A DNA stretch of 50,440 nt. Origin: Minisyncoccota bacterium. GTDB taxonomy: Bacteria > Patescibacteriota > Minisyncoccia > Phycocordibacterales > Phycocordibacteraceae. Positions within the stretch are counted from its first letter, which is position 1. Each line of letters starts with the position of its first letter. The DNA is taken from NCBI GenBank assembly GCA_041660025.1, contig JBAZXD010000001.1, positions 106,059-156,498 of the forward strand, given 5' to 3'. Of the stretch, positions 35,782-44,749 are shown piece after piece. Made by a program: the position numbers and the translations under genes. The notes under the pieces were generated by a model. The model had not been told where the DNA came from. It saw only the letters and a program-made list of their open reading frames with translations, and ran no database searches.

Positions 35782-35799
35782 CGGTGGTAGAATGGGGGT

Positions 35800-36078
35800 A
35801 TGACGGAAAAGGTTTCGTACCGCCGGATGGAACGGATCGTGAAAGGGTTCGCGAATCATCGCCGCTTGGAGATACTCGACCTGCTCAAGCGGGAACCGGA
35901 GCTCTCGGTGGACGATATTTCTGAACGGCTCGGTATCGGATACGAGAACGCCTCCGACCATGTGCGTAAATTGGCGATCGCCGGTCTCGTGTTGAAGCGC
36001 AACGACGGCAACGCGGTGCGCCACAAGCTCACTCCCCGCGCTGAATCTGTTCTAGTATTTTGCAAAAGACTGCAATAG
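35800..36078 (+). CDS. ArsR/SmtB-like winged-helix transcriptional regulator
   Basis: KGFANHRRLEILDLL, SVDDI, ASDHVRKLAIAGLV. Confidence 0.88.
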   Translation: MTEKVSYRRMERIVKGFANHRRLEILDLLKREPELSVDDISERLGIGYENASDHVRKLAIAGLVLKRNDGNAVRHKLTPRAESVLVFCKRLQ

Positions 36079-36128
36079 ATAGAGCGGGGTGTGCGGCGAT
36101 TGATAAAATTAAAATTGCATGCGGGAGA

Positions 36129-36156
36129 AAAACGCCGCGGTAATCCGCGGCGTTTT
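36129..36156. terminator. Hairpin after the arsR-like gene
   Basis: AAAACGCCGCGG-TAAT-CCGCGGCGTTTT. Confidence 0.7.
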
Positions 36157-36173
36157 ATTGATATACTTTGTTC

Positions 36174-36569
36174 ATGGACTCCTACACTTCATATCAGGCG
36201 CTCATCAAGCCGAGCTGGTCGCCGCCCGCGTGGGTCTTCGGTCCCGTGTGGACAGTGCTGTACGCCATCATCGCCGTTACGTTCGGCACAGTGTTCTATA
36301 AGGCGTTCACCAGGGAAGTCCCCTGGGCGGTTGCGCTCCCGTTTGCACTCAACCTCGTCTTTAATTTTTCTTTCACGTATTTCCAGTTCGGCCTGCAGAA
36401 TAATGCGCTTGCCTCAATCGACATCCTGCTCGTCCTCGGCACCCTCGTCTGGGCGCTCATTGTCGTCTGGCCCCACGCCCGCTGGGTCGCCCTCGCCAAC
36501 ATCCCCTACCTCCTCTGGGTCTCCTTCGCGACCGTCCTGCAACTTACGGTTACGTATTTGAATCGATAG
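36174..36569 (+). CDS. tspO: TspO/MBR tryptophan-rich sensory protein
   Basis: LIKPSWSPPAWVFGPVWTVLY, PYLLWVSFA. Confidence 0.95.
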   Translation: MDSYTSYQALIKPSWSPPAWVFGPVWTVLYAIIAVTFGTVFYKAFTREVPWAVALPFALNLVFNFSFTYFQFGLQNNALASIDILLVLGTLVWALIVVWPHARWVALANIPYLLWVSFATVLQLTVTYLNR

Positions 36570-36596
36570 GAATGGGTGCTTTAATTGGTGGAAGTC

Positions 36597-37757
36597 ATGA
36601 CAACTCTAAATCTACAGCCAAATGGAGAAGTAATTCGGTGGGCAAGAGAAACAAGTCGCAAATCTATCGCCGAGATTGCGGCGGATTTGGATGCAACACC
36701 AAGCGAAATTCGTTCGTGGGAAGCCAATTCTGCTCCGGTTCGTCTCACTCAACTTAAGAAACTGGGATCTTTGTACCAGAGACCCATCGCTTTTTTCTTC
36801 GCGCCTGTTCCTCCAACAGAGGAGTTAATTACTCCAGCTTTTAGAACATTTGATTCAGTCAAATTAGATTCCCTTTCAGAAAAGACCCTTATTGCACTTC
36901 GGAAGTCAAAAGAAAATAGAGACCTGTATAAGTTTCTTCTAGAGGAACTTGAAGAGAAATACAGCTTCAATTTTCCCATCACCTCTATTAACGATGATGC
37001 CGATCAATTCGCAGATAAAGTCAGAAAGTATCTCGGTATTTCAGACAACATTCATGAGAGATTCAAAGATAAATATGTTGCCTTAAAATTTTGGATAGCT
37101 CTTGTTGAACAACACGGGCTATTAGTCTTCCAATATTCTCTTCCAGAAAGGGGGTTTTGTTTAAGTGGCAATGAGGACCTTCCTCCCACCATCGTCATGA
37201 ATTCGGGAGAATACCCTGCCGGCAGAATATTCACCATATTCCACGAGCTTTGCCATCTTTTGCTGAAAGAAAAATCAGAATCTATATCTCACACAAGATT
37301 GGAAGAGTACTGCAATCACTTTGCTGGGGCGTTTCTTGTATCCAAAAGAAAGTTGATGGAAAGCAAAAACAGGGAGAAATTCCTGCTTGAAATGTCCGAT
37401 TTCTGGTTAGGAAGGTTGGCCGGTGAGTTCAAAGTTAGTCATGAAGTCGTTTTACGAAGGCTATTGATTCTTAAGGATATCACCCAATCATTTTACAATC
37501 AGAAAATAGCAGAACTGAAGAAAATTCAACAGAGAAGAAAGGAAGAATCTGAAACAAGCGAGAATTCGGGGTTCATAGCTCCTGCTCGCAAAGCCCTAAT
37601 GAACGTGGGCGTCACTATGGCCTCGAAGCTCTTTCAAGCACGAGATGCCGGTGTTATTAGTACAGCAACGCTCGTTAGAAGTTTTGACACCACCTCGCAT
37701 TCTTTGAAAAACGTTGGTACCGAATTAGCGTCCGCAAAGAACCTAAAGCTCGAATGA
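36597..37757 (+). CDS. XRE-HTH plus ImmA/IrrE zinc metallopeptidase fusion
   Basis: N-terminal HTH (IRWARE...IAEIA...IRSWEA), FTIFHELCH, EEYCNHFAGAFL; AT-rich. Confidence 0.92.
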   Translation: MTTLNLQPNGEVIRWARETSRKSIAEIAADLDATPSEIRSWEANSAPVRLTQLKKLGSLYQRPIAFFFAPVPPTEELITPAFRTFDSVKLDSLSEKTLIALRKSKENRDLYKFLLEELEEKYSFNFPITSINDDADQFADKVRKYLGISDNIHERFKDKYVALKFWIALVEQHGLLVFQYSLPERGFCLSGNEDLPPTIVMNSGEYPAGRIFTIFHELCHLLLKEKSESISHTRLEEYCNHFAGAFLVSKRKLMESKNREKFLLEMSDFWLGRLAGEFKVSHEVVLRRLLILKDITQSFYNQKIAELKKIQQRRKEESETSENSGFIAPARKALMNVGVTMASKLFQARDAGVISTATLVRSFDTTSHSLKNVGTELASAKNLKLE

Positions 37758-38293
37758 TGGCCAACATGACTTCGACGCGAATATACATTATTGATACAAG
37801 TGCTTTTGTAGTGCTTGATACGTTATTCCCCTTCGCACAATGGCAACCAATATGGGATTTTCTTGGGGTAAAGGTGACAGAGGGTGTTCTGAAAACCATC
37901 GATGAGGTAGAGGAAGAGTTAAAAAGGAAATTTTATGATCTACCGATTACGGATTGGGTAAAAATGCGAAGGTCAGAGATAAACTACCCGTATATTCCAG
38001 AGCATTTTCAATATCTGAGACAGGAGGTTTACCCACGATGTAATGGGCTCATAAATCCAAACAGTACGTCGACTTTATACGCTGACCCGATGCTGTTAGC
38101 GATAGCTGGGCATGATAACCACACGTTGGTCACCGACGAAGTGCTTAAAGAAATTCATGCAAACACAAATCCTCTGAAAATTAAGCTTCCTAACCACTGC
38201 AGCACTCTTGGTGTCAATTGTATCTGGGGAAGGTATGCATGGACCCAGTTACTAAATGAGCTTGGGTTACAAATTACAGGATTTAAAACTTAA
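37754..38293 (+). CDS. DUF4411-like PIN-domain protein
   Basis: YIIDTS, EVEEEL, ADPMLLAIA, LVTDE, KIKLPNHC; overlaps the IrrE stop. Confidence 0.82.
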   Translation: MMANMTSTRIYIIDTSAFVVLDTLFPFAQWQPIWDFLGVKVTEGVLKTIDEVEEELKRKFYDLPITDWVKMRRSEINYPYIPEHFQYLRQEVYPRCNGLINPNSTSTLYADPMLLAIAGHDNHTLVTDEVLKEIHANTNPLKIKLPNHCSTLGVNCIWGRYAWTQLLNELGLQITGFKT

Positions 38294-38352
38294 ATACCAC
38301 TGGACATAGCACGGATTTAAATAAGGAGTAGACTTAAGCGGTATAGATAGGT

Positions 38353-38700
38353 ATGAAGAAAATAGACGAATTTACAAAGAGAATAGTTGCCTTCAGGAAC
38401 GCCCGGGACTGGAAGCAATTTCATAATCCCAAGGATCTCTCACTCTCTCTCGTTCTCGAGGCCACCGAGGTCATGGAGCATTTCCAGTGGAAGAATAAAG
38501 AAGAAATAGAGAAGTACGTTATTGAAGCAAAAGGAGAAATAGGGGAGGAGCTCGCAGATGTCTTGTATTGGGTTCTTTTGATGAGCCACGACCTAAAAAT
38601 AGATGTACTCAATGCGCTCGATAAAAAGATGAAGAAAAACGAAAAGAAGTATCCCATCAAAAAAGCAAAAGGGAAACATACGAAGTACAACAAACTTTAA
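38353..38700 (+). CDS. MazG-like nucleotide pyrophosphohydrolase
   Basis: FRNARDWKQFHNPKDL, EATEVMEHFQW, EELADV, KYP. Confidence 0.93.
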   Translation: MKKIDEFTKRIVAFRNARDWKQFHNPKDLSLSLVLEATEVMEHFQWKNKEEIEKYVIEAKGEIGEELADVLYWVLLMSHDLKIDVLNALDKKMKKNEKKYPIKKAKGKHTKYNKL

Positions 38701-38703
38701 TTT

Positions 38704-41013
38704 ATGATTGTTTATCAATCTACGAAACTAGGGTTTTTGAAAGATGCATCAAATGGAATCGAAGACATAGTTAGAGAACAGGTAAAAGAAAGGCTCAATA
38801 TCGATATTAAAGTCGGGAGCAGTGAATATAACTCCTGGAAAAACTCCTTGGGAGATGCGATGTACAAGGTAATGCAAACGGATAAGATCCCAGATGATTC
38901 TGGCGTTGCAATAGAATACTCAATACCTCGCACGAAAAACCGTATTGATTTTGTCATTACAGGTGAGGATGATAATGGTAAAGAGAAAGTTATTATCATT
39001 GAGCTCAAACAATGGACCGATATTCAAAAGACGGATAAAGATGCAATCGTCACCACCCGCTTTAAAAGCGGCTTAAGCGAAGAACTCCATCCCTCGTATC
39101 AGGCATGGTCGTACTCCACTCTTCTTTATGGGTTCAACGCTACAGTATACGAGGAGAAAATTGGTCTAGAACCCTGTGCATATTTGCATAATCATGTGGA
39201 TGAAGACGTCATATTGAGTCCTTTTTATGCTGATTATCTTCAAAAAGCACCTGCTTTTTGCAAGGGGGACAAAGAAAAACTTCAGGACTTCATTGCGAGA
39301 TTTGTTAAACACGGAGAAAAGAAAAACACGCTTTATCGGATCGATCATGGCGAGATTCGTCCATCAAAGAATCTCGCGGATAGTCTGGCTTCAATGCTCA
39401 AAGGTAATGACGAGTTTGTCATGATAGATGAACAAAAGATTGTGTATGAGACAGCGCTTTCTCTCACGAAGAAATCTTCAAAAACCAATAAAAACGTATT
39501 GATTGTCGAAGGCGGTCCGGGTACTGGCAAGTCGGTAGTAGCGATAAATCTTCTGGTAGCAATTACTAAGCTGGGGCTCAATACGCAATATGTAACCAAA
39601 AATGCAGCGCCACGTGGCGTGTTTGAGGCAAAGCTTGTGGGGTCATTTAAGAAGTCGCAAATATCGAATTTCTTCACTGGATCGGGGTCATTTGTTGGAG
39701 AGGAAGAAAATATCTTCGATGCTCTTATTGTCGACGAAGCACATCGGCTTAATGAAAAATCTGGAATGTTCAAAAATCTTGGTGAGAACCAAATCAAGGA
39801 GATTATTGATTCTGCAAAGTGCTCGATATTTTTCATAGATGAAGATCAAAAAGTGACATGGCACGATATCGGGAGGAAAGAGGAAATTGAGAAGTGGGCA
39901 AATAAAATTGGTGCAAAGGTTCATGGTCTCAAACTTGAATCGCAGTTTCGCTGCAATGGTTCTGACGGATATCTATCATGGCTTGATAATGCCCTTGGTA
40001 TAGAAGAAACAGCAAATACAACCCTGGAGGGGATAAATTATGATTTTAAGATTGTTGAATCGCCGAATGAATTGCGGGACATAATTTTCGAGAAAAATAA
40101 AATTGCCAATAAAGCACGATTAGTTGCTGGGTATTGTTGGAATTGGGTAAGCAAAAAAGATAAGAATTTAAATGACATCGTAATTCCAGAATATGACTTT
40201 GGGATGAAGTGGAATCTTGCAAGCGATGGAAACGTTTGGATAATATCACCGAAGTCTGTAAACGAAGTAGGTTGCATTCATACGTGCCAGGGTCTTGAAG
40301 TTGATTATGTTGGGGTTATTGTTGGAAATGATTTTGTTGTCCGAAACGGCGAAATAGTGATTAATCCTGATAAACGCGCGAAGACCGATGCATCACTAAA
40401 AGGATACAAAAAGGAATTTAAAGAAAACCCAAAGGCTGCAGCCGAGAAAGCTGATGCAATCATCAAAAATACCTACAGGACCCTCATGACCCGAGGAATG
40501 AAAGGATGTTATGTCTATTTTGTAGACAAGGAAACGGAAAATTATTTTAAGAATAGAATCGGAAAAGAGATAGACTATCAAAAATATTTCGCACCGGTAT
40601 TGTCGCCGATTACCCGGGACATGATTCGTGTTCCGCTCGTCGGATCGGCCCCATGTGGTAACCCATTAGTAGGAGAACAGAATATCGAAGAGTATATTTT
40701 AGTCGAGAAAGCAAAAATCAAGCCCGGGTTTAAATATTTCATCCTCAGGGCCGAAGGAGACTCAATGAATCTCGCAGGTATAAATGATGGGAACCTTGTC
40801 TTATGCCGCCTGCAAGAAAAAGCTGACACAGGTGATCGAGTCGTGGCTCTTTTAGGAGGTGAAAACGTCACTATCAAAGAGTATGGCCCACGAGAAGACG
40901 GTGTCCGTCTGTTACTCCCTAAGAGTACAAATAAAGAACACCTGCCGATTACTCCCGACGAGGGTGACAGTGTGCAAGGTGTTGTTCAGGAAGTTATTAA
41001 ACCGACAGAATAA
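38704..41013 (+). CDS. DUF2075-type nuclease/SF1-like helicase fused to C-terminal LexA/UmuD S24 peptidase domain
   Basis: RIDF...IELKQW (PD-D/ExK-like), GGPGTGKS, VDEAHRL, HTCQGLE, TYRTLMTRG; then VPLVGSAPCG, EGDSM, TIK. Confidence 0.9.
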   Translation: MIVYQSTKLGFLKDASNGIEDIVREQVKERLNIDIKVGSSEYNSWKNSLGDAMYKVMQTDKIPDDSGVAIEYSIPRTKNRIDFVITGEDDNGKEKVIIIELKQWTDIQKTDKDAIVTTRFKSGLSEELHPSYQAWSYSTLLYGFNATVYEEKIGLEPCAYLHNHVDEDVILSPFYADYLQKAPAFCKGDKEKLQDFIARFVKHGEKKNTLYRIDHGEIRPSKNLADSLASMLKGNDEFVMIDEQKIVYETALSLTKKSSKTNKNVLIVEGGPGTGKSVVAINLLVAITKLGLNTQYVTKNAAPRGVFEAKLVGSFKKSQISNFFTGSGSFVGEEENIFDALIVDEAHRLNEKSGMFKNLGENQIKEIIDSAKCSIFFIDEDQKVTWHDIGRKEEIEKWANKIGAKVHGLKLESQFRCNGSDGYLSWLDNALGIEETANTTLEGINYDFKIVESPNELRDIIFEKNKIANKARLVAGYCWNWVSKKDKNLNDIVIPEYDFGMKWNLASDGNVWIISPKSVNEVGCIHTCQGLEVDYVGVIVGNDFVVRNGEIVINPDKRAKTDASLKGYKKEFKENPKAAAEKADAIIKNTYRTLMTRGMKGCYVYFVDKETENYFKNRIGKEIDYQKYFAPVLSPITRDMIRVPLVGSAPCGNPLVGEQNIEEYILVEKAKIKPGFKYFILRAEGDSMNLAGINDGNLVLCRLQEKADTGDRVVALLGGENVTIKEYGPREDGVRLLLPKSTNKEHLPITPDEGDSVQGVVQEVIKPTE

Positions 41014-41051
41014 TAAACCCCGCGAGATCGAATTTCGTGGAGTAAGAAACT

Positions 41052-41189
41052 CTAGTTTGTTGGTTTCGGTTGGTTCGTAATTTTGGCTGGTGCGCTTTTA
41101 GGTAAGTTGGTCAACTTAACGGGAAGGCTTTTCGGCTGGTTCGTAATTTTGGCAGGCGGATTCTTTTTTTGATTGGTGAGTTTTGTCAT
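41052..41189 (-). CDS. Unannotated 45-aa Lys/Pro-rich peptide made of four 11-aa repeats
   Basis: MTKLTNQKKNP-PAKITNQPKSL-PVKLTNLPKSA-PAKITNQPKPTN; the nucleotide differences between the PAKITNQPK segments of repeats 2 and 4 are synonymous. Confidence 0.65.
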   Translation of the reverse strand: MTKLTNQKKNPPAKITNQPKSLPVKLTNLPKSAPAKITNQPKPTN

Positions 41190-41343
41190 AGATTATGCGT
41201 TGGTTAATATTGTTCGGTTTGACTAGGCCGATACCATACATTTTACTCCTGTCTATGAAATACGCCCTGTGGAGATCATGTGGAGAGCGAAATCCTAAAT
41301 CCAGTAGCTTTTGGGAGGAAATTCGATGAGGTACAATACCCTC

Positions 41344-42066
41344 ATGAGGATTATCTTTTTTGATACGGAGACGACGGGGAATGGCGACAAGGACAGACTC
41401 TGCCAGCTCGCGGTGAAGGAGCGGTTCGTGGACGAACCGCTGGTGAACGCGACGTACAAGCCGCCCGTGCCGATATCCATCGAGTCGATGGCGATTCATC
41501 ACATCACCGAGCGGATGGTCGCCGGCCGGCCGGCGTTTCAGGACGCGCCGGAGTATGGGAGTGTGAAGGACCTCTTCGAAAACGAGGAGACAGTCGCGGT
41601 CGCGCATAATGCGGCCTTTGACGTGGCGATGTTCGCACGCGAGGGCATTGTGCCGCGCCGGACCATCTGTACCTACAAGCTCGCCTACGCGCTCGACCCG
41701 GACGACGCCGTGCCGAACTATCGGCTCCAATATCTGCGCTACTTGCTCGATCTCGATATCGAAGCCGAGGCGCACGACGCCTGGGGCGATGTGCTCGTGC
41801 TCGAAGCGCTCTTCGAACGGCTCCTCGAGAAGATGAAGGAGCGGCACGGGACCGAGGAGGCCGCGCTCGAGGCGATGCTCGCCATCTCAGCGCGCCCGAT
41901 GCTCTTTACCACGCTCCGCTTCGGCAAATATAACGGCAAGAAGATAGAAGAGGTCGTCCGCCTCGATAAGAGCTATCTGGAATGGCTCCTGAAGGAGAAA
42001 GAGAAGGATCCGACGGGAGAGGCAGACTGGATATATACACTCAAGCATTATCTAGGCGCGGTTTGA
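41344..42066 (+). CDS. DEDDh 3'-5' exonuclease (ExoX-like)
   Basis: FDTETTG, AHNAAFD, AHDAWGD, C-terminal FGKYNG motif. Confidence 0.92.
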   Translation: MRIIFFDTETTGNGDKDRLCQLAVKERFVDEPLVNATYKPPVPISIESMAIHHITERMVAGRPAFQDAPEYGSVKDLFENEETVAVAHNAAFDVAMFAREGIVPRRTICTYKLAYALDPDDAVPNYRLQYLRYLLDLDIEAEAHDAWGDVLVLEALFERLLEKMKERHGTEEAALEAMLAISARPMLFTTLRFGKYNGKKIEEVVRLDKSYLEWLLKEKEKDPTGEADWIYTLKHYLGAV

Positions 42067-42079
42067 TACAATACTCGGT

Positions 42080-42403
42080 ATGAACTATTTCATTTTGATT
42101 ATTATCGGAGTGGCGGGAGTCGCACTCGGAGTGTATATGGCGAAGAGAGGCGTGCGGGCGCCGCAGGGTGGAAACACGCAAAGCGCGGTGAACGAGGGGC
42201 GCGTTGTCGCGAAGCAGATGGCGCTGGAGAGGGTGTTTTCTGAAATACAAAAGAAGGGGAGTATCACGAACGACGAAGTGCAGGCCCTGCTTAGCGTCTC
42301 CGACGCGACCGCCGAGCGGTACCTGCAGGAGCTCGAGGCCGCGGGCGGCATCTCGCAGGTAGGCGCGGGCGGGAAGGGGGTGTCGTATAGAATCAAGGAA
42401 TGA
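42080..42403 (+). CDS. Membrane-anchored small protein with C-terminal DeoR-like winged HTH
   Basis: N-terminal TM; ITNDEVQALLSVSDATAERYLQELE. Confidence 0.75.
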   Translation: MNYFILIIIGVAGVALGVYMAKRGVRAPQGGNTQSAVNEGRVVAKQMALERVFSEIQKKGSITNDEVQALLSVSDATAERYLQELEAAGGISQVGAGGKGVSYRIKE

Positions 42404-42404
42404 G

Positions 42405-42449
42405 GCCGCGTTAAACGGCTCAGACCCCGTCTGAGCCGTTTAACGCGGC
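42405..42449. repeat. REP-like palindrome family 1, copy 3 (opposite orientation)
   Basis: 21-bp arms GCCGCGTTAAACGGCTCAGAC-CCC-GTCTGAGCCGTTTAACGCGGC. Confidence 0.9.
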
Positions 42450-42468
42450 GTGGTATACTCGCCGCACT

Positions 42469-43488
42469 ATGACAGAAAGTGCGCATTCAACGTTCCGTTT
42501 TTTCCTCATTCCCGGATTAGTCTCTCTCCTGATACTCGCGGGAGTAGGCGCGGTGTATGGTTCGCTCGCGCTCTTTACCGCGATACTGCTCACGATACTC
42601 GAGATAACGCTCTCCTTCGACAATGCGGTAGTCAACGCGCGCGTGCTCCAGAAGATGAGCCCCCTCTGGCAACGGCGCTTCCTCACCTGGGGGATATTTG
42701 TCGCAGTATTCCTCACGCGCGCGGTGCTCCCGATAGTCATCGTCTCTGCGTCAGTCATGCTGTCGCCCGCGCTCGTTGCCGCCCTCGCGCTCTTCGACCC
42801 GGTACAGTATGCCGAACTGCTCCACGGTTCCAAACATATCATCGCCGCGTTCGGAGGGATCTTCCTCACGATGGTGGGGCTCAAATATTTCTTCGACGAA
42901 GAAAAGGAGACGCACTGGATCCACCACATCGAACACAGGCTCTCGCAGTGGGGGAGCATAGAGGCGCTCGAGATCGCCATAACGCTTATCATCCTCGCAA
43001 ATCTCGCTTTCTTCGCTCCGAGCGACAGCGCCGGAATCCTCCTCGCCGGCATTGTCGCGATAATACTCTTTATCGTCGTGCAGGGAGTGGCGAATTCCTT
43101 TGCCGCGTCGACGAAACGTGCGGCGGCGGCGGCGGGCCTCGCGCTATTCGTCTATCTCAACGTTCTCGACGCGGCGTTCTCGCTCGACAGCGTCGTGGGA
43201 GCGTTCGCGCTCTCGACGAGCATCCCGATCATCGTCGTCGGTCTCGGCATCGGTGCATATTTCGTACGCGCCCTTACGGTCTATATGGTGCATCACGGCA
43301 CGCTCGCGCGGATTATATACATAGAACATGGCGCCCACTGGGCCATCCTCGGCCTCGCCGGAGCGATGTTCGCGGGCATCTTCGTGGACGTACCCGAACC
43401 GATCACCGGCCTTATCGGGCTCCTCTTCGTCGGGAGCGCGTATCTCTCGTCCATCCGTTCCGTCCCCGCCCGCATAGAGGGCGAGTAG
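42469..43488 (+). CDS. DUF475 / TerC-like integral membrane protein
   Basis: ILEITLSFDNAVVNA, FLTWGI, LDAAFSLDSVVGAFA, EHGAHWAI. Confidence 0.9.
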   Translation: MTESAHSTFRFFLIPGLVSLLILAGVGAVYGSLALFTAILLTILEITLSFDNAVVNARVLQKMSPLWQRRFLTWGIFVAVFLTRAVLPIVIVSASVMLSPALVAALALFDPVQYAELLHGSKHIIAAFGGIFLTMVGLKYFFDEEKETHWIHHIEHRLSQWGSIEALEIAITLIILANLAFFAPSDSAGILLAGIVAIILFIVVQGVANSFAASTKRAAAAAGLALFVYLNVLDAAFSLDSVVGAFALSTSIPIIVVGLGIGAYFVRALTVYMVHHGTLARIIYIEHGAHWAILGLAGAMFAGIFVDVPEPITGLIGLLFVGSAYLSSIRSVPARIEGE

Positions 43489-43508
43489 AGGGTATATACT
43501 GTACGTAT

Positions 43509-43907
43509 ATGAAAGGATTCGTAACCAATATCGAAAAAGAGTCGCTTGAGAACGAGTACTTCAGGAAGGTGCTCTACACCGATGCTCGCGTCCAGCTGGT
43601 GGTGATGAGCTTGAAACCGGGCGAGGATATCGGCGAAGAGGTGCATCAGCTCGACCAGTTCATCCGCGTCGAGGCAGGCGAGGGGCGCGCAGTCTTAGAC
43701 GGCGTCGCGCACGAACTTAAGAACGGCTTCGCGATAGTCGTGCCGCAGGGCGCGCGACACAATATCATCAACACCTCCTCCACCGAGCCGATGAAGCTCT
43801 ACACCGTCTACGCCCCGCCAAACCACAAGGACGGCACGATACACAAGACAAAGGCAGAAGCACAGGCCGACGAGAGCGAGCACTTCGACGGGACGACGAC
43901 TGAATGA
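43509..43907 (+). CDS. Cupin-domain protein
   Basis: FRKVLYT, IGEEVH, DQFIRVEAG, HNIIN, YAPPNH. Confidence 0.9.
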   Translation: MKGFVTNIEKESLENEYFRKVLYTDARVQLVVMSLKPGEDIGEEVHQLDQFIRVEAGEGRAVLDGVAHELKNGFAIVVPQGARHNIINTSSTEPMKLYTVYAPPNHKDGTIHKTKAEAQADESEHFDGTTTE

Positions 43908-43916
43908 CGCGAGAGT

Positions 43917-44744
43917 CTAATCCCGCACGGTAACGGGAGTGCCGAGATCGGCCCACTCGTAGAGCTTCTTCGCCTGCTCCGGCGGCATATTCACACACCC
44001 GTGCGACCACGGCTGACCGAAGTTGTTGTGCCAGTACGCGCCGTGTATCGCTCCGCCCTGATAGGTGAAATAGAGGTCCCACGGCACGCCGGGGAGGTCG
44101 TAGTACTGATCCGATATGTCCGGTATGGGCCCCTGCATATAGCTGTCAGGCATTTTTCCATACACCCAGAACAATCCGCGCGGCGTGGGCGTGAACTCCA
44201 GACCGGTAGAAATGGGTTCTTTCATAAAAAGCGTGTCGCCCTCGTATGCGTACAGCATATTCTCGGTGCGGCGTATCACGATGCGCTTCGTGCTCGTCGC
44301 GTTTATGCCGCTCGTCGTTTCGCGCGGGCCGGCGTCCTCAAACAGGCGCACATAATCTGCCGCCACGTACCAGTCGCCGACCACGCGTTCCGGATAGCGC
44401 ACCCATCCGTCAAAGCCGATTTGGTACCACGTGCGCCCGTCCCCTCCGACGGTAGTAGACGCCACCTTCAGCACTACTCCCGTGCGAAGCGGCATCACTA
44501 CCGGGAACTCTGTCCCCGGTCCGGAGCGCATATTCACGCAGGTCCCTTCGTAGTACGGCCCGCACCCGTCCACTACTTCTATGTATTTAAGGAGGAGCGG
44601 CTTCGCGGGGGCGGGAAGCGGCACGACTATGGCCGCCGGCAGGGCGGAGGGCGCCATCGCTTCCCACGCCACGAAGCCGTATGAAGCGGTAATTGCTACT
44701 GTGGCTACTCCAACGAGCGATTTGAAATTGAGGAACTTCTCCAT
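43917..44744 (-). CDS. L,D-transpeptidase with SH3-like domain
   Basis: VNMRSGPGTEFPVV (SH3b-like), IHGAYWH...SHGCVN catalytic motif. Confidence 0.9.
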   Translation of the reverse strand: MEKFLNFKSLVGVATVAITASYGFVAWEAMAPSALPAAIVVPLPAPAKPLLLKYIEVVDGCGPYYEGTCVNMRSGPGTEFPVVMPLRTGVVLKVASTTVGGDGRTWYQIGFDGWVRYPERVVGDWYVAADYVRLFEDAGPRETTSGINATSTKRIVIRRTENMLYAYEGDTLFMKEPISTGLEFTPTPRGLFWVYGKMPDSYMQGPIPDISDQYYDLPGVPWDLYFTYQGGAIHGAYWHNNFGQPWSHGCVNMPPEQAKKLYEWADLGTPVTVRD

Positions 44745-44749
44745 AGCGG

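Noticed and set aside
41064-41153. Two 24-bp near-identical direct repeats with a 42-bp spacer, CRISPR-like
   Set aside because: Only two copies, no cas genes, and the periodicity is explained by the 11-aa repeat peptide on the minus strand.
42450-43907. 485-aa plus-strand ORF suggesting a fusion
   Set aside because: The first 350 aa are an off-frame shadow of the DUF475 gene; the cupin has its own -10 box and ATG at 43509.
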